In this document: positions 34,064 to 40,000 of the stretch, one piece after another
Numbering within the stretch: the first letter of the stretch is position 1
How the letters are laid out: each line of letters begins with the position of its first letter
Position numbers and translations under genes: made by a program
Notes under the pieces: model-generated
Databases searched by the model: none
What the model saw: the letters and a program-made list of their open reading frames with translations, nothing else
What the model was told of the DNA's origin: nothing
Assembly: GCA_947589215.1 (NCBI GenBank)
Contig: CANQCL010000009.1
Location: forward strand, 13,303 to 53,302
Source: an uncultured Clostridia bacterium
Lineage (GTDB): Bacteria; Bacillota; Clostridia; Oscillospirales; Ruminococcaceae
DNA: 40,000 nt
Reading direction: 5' to 3'

Positions 34064-35268
34064 TATTCTTCAATTCCTTTCAGCATTTCAATAAACTGCC
34101 TTGCTATTCTCGGAGAGCGTCCTCCACGCTCAAGAGCAAATATCTCAGCTCTCTTCTTTAAATCATCGGCAGACATATCTAGCTCATATTGCTTTGCCAA
34201 ATCTACAACAACGCTGAGATACAGATTTTTGTCCGGCTTTTCAAATACGACCCTGATCCCAAACCTGTCTGACAAAGACAAAAGCTCCTGCATAGTATCG
34301 TTAAAATGAATGTCGTCCCCCTCACGGGTCGAGAAAGATTCCTTGATAAGATGACGGCGGTTTGATGTAGCATAAATTACTAAGTTATCCGCAGCAGACG
34401 AAACACTTCCCTCTAAAATAGCTTTAAGAGCTGCAAAGTCGTCGTCATTCTCGGTAAATGATAAATCGTCTATAAACAGAATAAATTTCAGCGGATTCCT
34501 GCTGACGGTTTCAACGATAAGCGGAATCTCATGAAGCTGTTTCTTTTTCAGTTCAATAAGCCTCAAGCCTCTGTCCTTGAATTCGTTTGCTATAGCTTTA
34601 ACAGTCGAAGATTTACCTGTACCGCAGTCGCCGTACAAAAGAACATTATTAGCAGGCTTGCCGTTAAGAAGCGCAAGGGTGTTGTCGATAACCGTCTGCC
34701 TTTGAGCCTCATAACCCGAAAACTGCGACAGCCTTGTATTGTCAGGAAAGCTGACAGGTTGAATTTTCCCTTTCTTAATAACGAATATGTGATTTTTTGC
34801 ATAGATTCCGTAACCGTACTTGTTTATCTCACAAATTCTTTCTTCATATATCTTTGAAAAATCTATATCCTCAGTTTTCCATTTAGCAAGACCGCTGTAA
34901 CCTATGGCTCTCTCCACATCACCGCAGCTTATCTTTGCAAGATTTTCAAGTATAATAAGCTCACTTGCCAATCGCTCCTCTAAAAGAGGGCTTATTGGCT
35001 CTCCTGCACCCTTTTTAAGCATATAGATGTTTTCATCTTCCAAAACGATATCCAAAATAAATCTTGTAAGATTATCGCTGTGATCATAAAGCTCGCTTAC
35101 GAATTCAGAATATTCATTAATTAAACATTTCATATCGGCTGTTTTATCGCTTATATCGCTAAGAAGCTTTAAAAGTTTTTCTACCGTTTTATGTTTTACA
35201 ACGTTTCTGAAAACTGCAAGAGACGCACTTTCTTTTATAATTTTATTGAAATCCGTCATTTTACTCAC
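34063..35268 (-). CDS. DUF815-type AAA ATPase
   Basis: Walker A LLYGDCGTGKSST, Walker B ILFIDDLSF, and a ~190-aa N-terminal region of unknown function. Confidence 0.7.
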   Translation of the reverse strand: MSKMTDFNKIIKESASLAVFRNVVKHKTVEKLLKLLSDISDKTADMKCLINEYSEFVSELYDHSDNLTRFILDIVLEDENIYMLKKGAGEPISPLLEERLASELIILENLAKISCGDVERAIGYSGLAKWKTEDIDFSKIYEERICEINKYGYGIYAKNHIFVIKKGKIQPVSFPDNTRLSQFSGYEAQRQTVIDNTLALLNGKPANNVLLYGDCGTGKSSTVKAIANEFKDRGLRLIELKKKQLHEIPLIVETVSRNPLKFILFIDDLSFTENDDDFAALKAILEGSVSSAADNLVIYATSNRRHLIKESFSTREGDDIHFNDTMQELLSLSDRFGIRVVFEKPDKNLYLSVVVDLAKQYELDMSADDLKKRAEIFALERGGRSPRIARQFIEMLKGIEE

Positions 35269-35388
35269 CGTAATATATAAACATATTTACTAAATTCTTC
35301 GCTGATAACATTTTATATTAGCGAAAAATAAGCCTTAATGTCTTATTCTGATAATAATATTATACCACCTATGTCAAGCACGGTGAAC

Positions 35389-35421
35389 AAAAAACTGTCC
35401 TGTAAATTTATACAAGACAGT
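35389..35421 (-). terminator. intrinsic terminator after aspartokinase
   Basis: On the minus strand, ACTGTCTTGTA-taaatt-TACAGGACAGT followed by TTTTTTG. Confidence 0.7.
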
Positions 35422-35428
35422 CTGTTAT

Positions 35429-36748
35429 TTATAACCTCTGCATCACAAAAATATCATAAATAGCATTAATAGCCGTTTTGAAATCCGCTTCTTCTACCCC
35501 AATGATTATATTAAGCTCGCTTGAGCCTTGATCTATCATCTTTACATTGACATTGCTGTGTGCCAAAGACGCGAATATCCTGCCGGCAGTTCCTCTGTTT
35601 GATCTCATTCCCCTGCCGACAACTGCAACAAGAGCAAGGTCGGTTTCAATTTCTATAGAATCAGGCTGAACATTTCTGTGAAGTCCTGCTAATATCTCCT
35701 GCTCCTTTTCTGCAAACTCGTCAAGATGAACAATAACGCTCATAGTATCAATGCCCGATGGCATATGCTCAAAGGAAATTCCGTTCTTTTCAAAAACCTC
35801 TAAAACACGCCGTCCGAAACCAAGCTCGGAATTCATCATATCCTTTTCGATATTAACAACAGCAAAGCCTTTCTTTCCCGCAACGCCGGTAATTGTGTAT
35901 TCCGGCTTCTGCGAGGTAGACTCAACAATCATCGTACCTGTGTCGTCGGGCTTATTTGTGTTCTTGATATTAATAGGAATACCTGCTTTTCTTACAGGGA
36001 AAATCGCTTCATCGTGCAGAACTGTTGCGCCCATATACGAAAGCTCACGAAGCTCCTTATATGTAATTGTAGTAATAGGCATAGGATTGTCAATAATTCT
36101 CGGGTCGGCAATCAAAAATCCCGAAACGTCGGTCCAGTTTTCGTAAACATCAGCGGTCACAACAGAAGCTACAATAGAACCCGTTATATCAGAACCGCCC
36201 CTTGAAAAAGTCTTTATAGTATCATTAGGCATAGAACCGTAAAAACCCGGAATAACAGCATACTCCACTCCTTCAAGACGCTCTCTCATAACAAATGCCG
36301 TTTTGCTGCTGTCATAAGCTCCCTTATCGTCGAAGAAAACAACATCGGCAGCGTCGATAAATTCAAAACCGAGATACTTTGCAAGCAGTATTCCGTTTAA
36401 ATACTCTCCTCTTGATGCCGCATAATCCCTGCCTGCCTTTTGCGTAAAGCAAGCCTTTATAGTATTAAATTCTTCTTCTAAAGAAATGTCAAGAGACAGT
36501 TCCTCGATTATTCCGTTATATCTTGACTTTATATCCTCAAACTCTTTTTCAAAATCCTGACCTCTTGCCGCCTTTGCATAACAGGAATAAAGCATATCTG
36601 TGATTTTCGTATCACCGTCAAATCTTTTTCCAGGCGCTGACGGAATAACATATTTTCTTGAACTGTCTCTTTTTATAATATCGGCTACCTTCTTGAACTG
36701 TTTGGCGTCCGCAAGCGAGCTTCCGCCGAACTTTACTACCTTAATCAT
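35429..36748 (-). CDS. aspartate kinase
   Basis: MIKVVKFGGSSLA start, amino-acid-kinase fold, and two C-terminal ACT-like regions, 439 aa. Confidence 0.9.
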   Translation of the reverse strand: MIKVVKFGGSSLADAKQFKKVADIIKRDSSRKYVIPSAPGKRFDGDTKITDMLYSCYAKAARGQDFEKEFEDIKSRYNGIIEELSLDISLEEEFNTIKACFTQKAGRDYAASRGEYLNGILLAKYLGFEFIDAADVVFFDDKGAYDSSKTAFVMRERLEGVEYAVIPGFYGSMPNDTIKTFSRGGSDITGSIVASVVTADVYENWTDVSGFLIADPRIIDNPMPITTITYKELRELSYMGATVLHDEAIFPVRKAGIPINIKNTNKPDDTGTMIVESTSQKPEYTITGVAGKKGFAVVNIEKDMMNSELGFGRRVLEVFEKNGISFEHMPSGIDTMSVIVHLDEFAEKEQEILAGLHRNVQPDSIEIETDLALVAVVGRGMRSNRGTAGRIFASLAHSNVNVKMIDQGSSELNIIIGVEEADFKTAINAIYDIFVMQRL

Positions 36749-36800
36749 TATTTATCTACGCCTATAATGGCGTCCTCCTCTCAATACTCGCATTGTTACT

Positions 36801-36829
36801 ATTATATTAGTATTATAAAAATCCGTCAA
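36801..36829 (-). promoter_or_regulatory. sigma-A promoter of the aspartokinase gene
   Basis: The minus strand reads TTGACG (36829-36824), a 17-nt spacer, then TATAAT (36806-36801). The resulting leader is only ~45 nt. Confidence 0.55.
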
Positions 36830-36907
36830 CTGACATTTAATACAAATAATTTATAACATTTCTTAGTTTTTTGTTGAAATACAACTGTATTTGTACTGCA
36901 AACACTT

Positions 36908-38116
36908 TTATCTTGACAAGAAAATACTCAGTATATTATGACCTTTCTCTATAAAAACGCCTGTTTCTTTACAGGTTTGCTCTGTTAACTCATCTTTGCC
37001 CTCAATCTCGCCCTTTTTGTGATACATCAGAAATGGAATAGGGTCGTTTGTGTGGGTTCTAAGTTCAAGCGGAGTTGCGTGGTCAGGCATAATAAGAACC
37101 TTGTAGTCGTCATATTCTTCTAAGGCATTTAAAACAGGTCCGAGAATCTTCTCATCGATCAGTTCAAGTGACCTTTTCTTGTTCTCTATCTCATGCCTGT
37201 GACCGCACTCGTCCGGCGCTTCAACGTGAATATACACAAAGTCCTGACCGTTTTTAAATTCCCGAATAGCGGCACTGGCTTTTCCCTCAAAGTTGGTGTC
37301 AATATATCCTGTTGCGCCCTCAACATTTACAACATTCATACCGCTGAACTTTCCTATTCCCTTTAAAAGGTCAACAGCGGAAATTATCGAGCCTTTAAGT
37401 CCGTATTTCTCCTCAAACGGCATAAGAGCCTTTCTTGTGCCCTCTCCCCAGAACCACATAGAGTTCGCAGGTCTTAATCCTCTTGCCTCTCTTGCTTTGT
37501 TTACAGGGTGGTCTTTCAGTACATCATAGCTTTCAACCATCATATCGTAAAGCTTTTTAGCATTTGGATGCGACGGTATGTAATCCTTTATCGGCTTTCC
37601 TGTTATATCGTGCGGCGGAGTAAGCGTTCCGACATCCGTTGTGCCATTATTCCAAATCAAACAGTGACGGTAAGAAACTCCCGAATAAAGCTGAAACTCA
37701 TCATTATTAAAATGTTCAGACAAGGTTTTTACTATTTCTCTTGCCTCAGCGGTTGAAATATCATCGGCACAATAATCGAGAATAGTTTTGTCGGCATAAT
37801 CAGTCTCATCAGACAGTGTTACAAGATTACATCTGAAAGAAACGTCAGTAGGTTTCATATCAATACCTATTGAGCCTGCCTCAAGCGGAGAACGTCCCGA
37901 ATAATAGATTTGAGGGTCGTAGCCCAATACCGCAAGATTTGCAACGTCGCTTCCCGGCTTCATATTATCCGCAACCGTTTTTACAAGACCCATATAGCTT
38001 TTCTTAGCCAGTTTATCCATATTAGGAGTAACTGACGCTCCCATAGGAGTCTTATCCCCCAGCTCCTTTACAGGATAGTCTGCCATTCCGTCGCATAAAA
38101 GTACAAGTGTTTTCAT
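36908..38116 (-). CDS. cofactor-independent phosphoglycerate mutase family protein, archaeal ApgM type (COG3635)
   Basis: MKTLVLLCDGMAD and HVEAPDECGH metal-site motifs, 402 aa. Confidence 0.8.
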   Translation of the reverse strand: MKTLVLLCDGMADYPVKELGDKTPMGASVTPNMDKLAKKSYMGLVKTVADNMKPGSDVANLAVLGYDPQIYYSGRSPLEAGSIGIDMKPTDVSFRCNLVTLSDETDYADKTILDYCADDISTAEAREIVKTLSEHFNNDEFQLYSGVSYRHCLIWNNGTTDVGTLTPPHDITGKPIKDYIPSHPNAKKLYDMMVESYDVLKDHPVNKAREARGLRPANSMWFWGEGTRKALMPFEEKYGLKGSIISAVDLLKGIGKFSGMNVVNVEGATGYIDTNFEGKASAAIREFKNGQDFVYIHVEAPDECGHRHEIENKKRSLELIDEKILGPVLNALEEYDDYKVLIMPDHATPLELRTHTNDPIPFLMYHKKGEIEGKDELTEQTCKETGVFIEKGHNILSIFLSR

Positions 38117-38202
38117 TTATATAATTCCTTTCATTAAATGATTTTAATGTATAGTATTTAAAATAGCTTTACTTTCAATATATGATTAAAAATTTTTTAG
38201 GT

Positions 38203-39399
38203 TTAAGCTTCTTCAATCACCCAAAGCTGACTGTCATCAAGCGGATTGAAATCCTTTTGAAAAACTCTGTATTTTATAAGTCTTTTTGAATTAGTAACCA
38301 GCTTTGAAAAGCGAGAATACTCAGTTGAAATTTTATAAAATCCGTCTGTTTCGGTCAGCCTGTATCCGTTGTTCTTTATCGCCTTTCCGCACTTAAACCC
38401 AAACATACCGTCACAGAGAAGATTGCCCTCTTTATTGACTATTCTTACGCTACCGTCAAGATTAAGTCTTATATTAAAGGTCTGATTTAGATTACTATTA
38501 AGCTTTGAAAGCCCTGCCCTGCCGTTTTCATATATTGTCAGATAGGAGCCGTCGCAAGCTGATTTTATCTTCATATTTTTTTTGACTTTCAGTGCTTTTT
38601 CCGTATTTTCCGAAAGTCTTTCATAATAAGCGTTCATAAATGCCGCAACGTGCTGTTCGGTCAAGGGCAGCATATTCATAAGCGCATTTTCAAATGTTGT
38701 ATCCTGTACTGACTTTACATCTGCATAGTATTTTGCGGATTCCAAAGACAGGATATTTAACATTTCGCCAATACTTTTATATAAATAAGCATCATACAAG
38801 ATATCGTTTCCTTTTAATGTATGAAATCTATCCATATTTGCAAGGGCATATTTCTCATAGCAATGATGCGGATTATTTTTAAACGGCAGAGATATAAGAT
38901 TCGTCGTATGAACAGTACAGCCAATATCAGAAATAAAATGAATACATCTTCCCAAAGAATCAAGAGCCATATCAGTCATATTATTAGCAAACTGGATAAG
39001 ACTCATTGTATAATTTTCCTCCAGCATTGTTCTTGCAGAAGGGGCATACTGCCCCAACCTATTAACGTAAAACCCGTTATACGTCGGCTGAATAGCACTT
39101 CCATTCTTGTCGCATGAAGAATAGTAGTGCATTCCGCTGCCTTTATTTCTGTCTCCCTTAAAATCAGGAACTATAACGCCGTATGATATACGGTCTTTAT
39201 GCTCTTCAAAAAACTTATACGCATCTATTTTACCATCGTTTTTCAAAATCTCAAGAGCAGATTCAAATATAGACGTATGAGTATCCGAAAACCAAGCGTA
39301 CGCTTTCTTTTTATTAAACATCACTGCTCCAGCTGTGCATATCCCCAAAGAAACAAGAAACTTCTTATTTGTTTTCATTGAATTCATAACCTTTCTCAA
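38203..39399 (-). CDS. secreted zinc-dependent phospholipase C family protein with a C-terminal ricin-B-like domain
   Basis: Predicted signal cleavage AYA|W gives an N-terminal Trp. The zinc ligand pattern is W1..H6, PDF..GMHYY, HFISDIGCTVH and HHCYEKYA (compare alpha-toxin HYFGDIDTPYH and HVKFETFA). The likely start is ATG 39378 (MKTNKKF). Confidence 0.75.
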   Translation of the reverse strand: MRKVMNSMKTNKKFLVSLGICTAGAVMFNKKKAYAWFSDTHTSIFESALEILKNDGKIDAYKFFEEHKDRISYGVIVPDFKGDRNKGSGMHYYSSCDKNGSAIQPTYNGFYVNRLGQYAPSARTMLEENYTMSLIQFANNMTDMALDSLGRCIHFISDIGCTVHTTNLISLPFKNNPHHCYEKYALANMDRFHTLKGNDILYDAYLYKSIGEMLNILSLESAKYYADVKSVQDTTFENALMNMLPLTEQHVAAFMNAYYERLSENTEKALKVKKNMKIKSACDGSYLTIYENGRAGLSKLNSNLNQTFNIRLNLDGSVRIVNKEGNLLCDGMFGFKCGKAIKNNGYRLTETDGFYKISTEYSRFSKLVTNSKRLIKYRVFQKDFNPLDDSQLWVIEEA

Positions 39400-39411
39400 G
39401 CAAACGGCAAC

Positions 39412-39783
39412 TCACTGCTGTGAAGTCATCTTATCTAAATCAGAATAAGTTTTAGTACACTTGCCTGTACCCGTAACTTTACCATTTTCATCATATTCAA
39501 TATCTATAACCGTCTCGCCTACAGATTTATTATACATCTCAGCGGCTTCCTCAAAGCTAATGCCGCCGTCTTTGTTCTTAACTGCATTTTTAGCTCCAAG
39601 AACAGAAGCAATACCTACCGCCGTTGAAACTCCGGTAAAATTTCTGACAAACCTAACAAATATATTCTTATGCTTTCCGTCTTTTTTCCTGCCTTTAAAA
39701 ATCAGGCTCATAACAAAAGAGACCAAAGCAATACTGCCTGCCTTTTCAGTATCATAATTGCAAAACGCACTAAACCTTCTCAT
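39412..39783 (-). CDS. hypothetical protein (123 aa)
   Basis: The ORF ends 12 nt upstream of the PLC gene on the same strand. It has one or two hydrophobic segments. I recognise no family. Confidence 0.4.
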   Translation of the reverse strand: MRRFSAFCNYDTEKAGSIALVSFVMSLIFKGRKKDGKHKNIFVRFVRNFTGVSTAVGIASVLGAKNAVKNKDGGISFEEAAEMYNKSVGETVIDIEYDENGKVTGTGKCTKTYSDLDKMTSQQ

Positions 39784-39903
39784 AGGTGTTCTCCTTTTCA
39801 GACTAACACGATCGTGAAAAACTACGTTAATTATATACTAATATGTGATATTTTTCAAGTAAATATTATTTTCATACACTACAGGTTAAAAAATTATTTA
39901 CAC

Positions 39904-39940
39904 AAATAAAAAACCACAGACAAAAACAAATCTGCGGTTT
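39904..39940 (-). terminator. terminator of a minus-strand gene lying beyond the window end
   Basis: On the minus strand, AAACCGCAGA-10 nt-TCTGTGGTTT (one G-U pair) followed by TTTTATTTG. Confidence 0.45.
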
Positions 39941-40000
39941 AGCACAAATATTTAATTTATATTACAAATTCTCTTATAATAACAAAATATCCGCATTTAC

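Noticed and set aside
36749-36907. A lysine (L-box) riboswitch or T-box upstream of aspartokinase.
   Set aside because: The consensus promoter at 36801-36829 leaves only a ~45-nt leader, too short for an L-box. Only a 5-bp hairpin (ACGCC..GGCGT) lies between the GAGGAGG SD and the ATG.

Overview
This is a chromosomal window from a low-GC, spore-forming Firmicute of class Clostridia (spoIIID and the yaaO-holB-yaaT synteny are present). Any finer taxonomic placement would be inference. The window is mostly housekeeping. On the minus strand, ilvD (cut by the window edge), aroK, aroE, a dCMP deaminase and glcK. Then a small SLOG/XRE/RHH islet and leuC-leuD-ybjQ-leuB. Then queH, spoIIID and a YdcF-like membrane protein. 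An accessory block follows, with two secreted proteins (a YD-like repeat protein and a ~1000-aa GH59-like glycosidase) flanking an XRE regulator. After that come two half-size TSUP transporter genes, ruvX, cobB and a DUF896-WYL operon. A LexA-box promoter then leads into two small regulator-like genes and the yaaO-like decarboxylase, holB and yaaT. Next are a PepSY lipoprotein, an orphan mazF/ndoA toxin, gatC-gatA-gatB, a PrsA-like foldase and SOS-box-controlled dinB. The window ends with GNAT + DUF815 ATPase, aspartokinase, an ApgM-like enzyme, a zinc phospholipase C and a small hypothetical protein. No rRNA, tRNA, CRISPR or transposase was recognised. The standout is gatB, a single 962-codon ORF that joins a complete GatB, through a 48-aa low-complexity linker, to a complete archaeal-type aspartyl-tRNA synthetase. 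That would be a covalently hard-wired Asn-transamidosome. It sits behind an unusual ~230-nt GC-rich multi-hairpin leader that lacks the canonical T-box motif. Secondary observations are two SOS operator sites, one next to the DUF896-WYL operon, an antitoxin-less MazF, a shared basic FN3-like C-terminal module on the two secreted proteins, a PLC with a ricin-like tail, and recurrent hairpin families.
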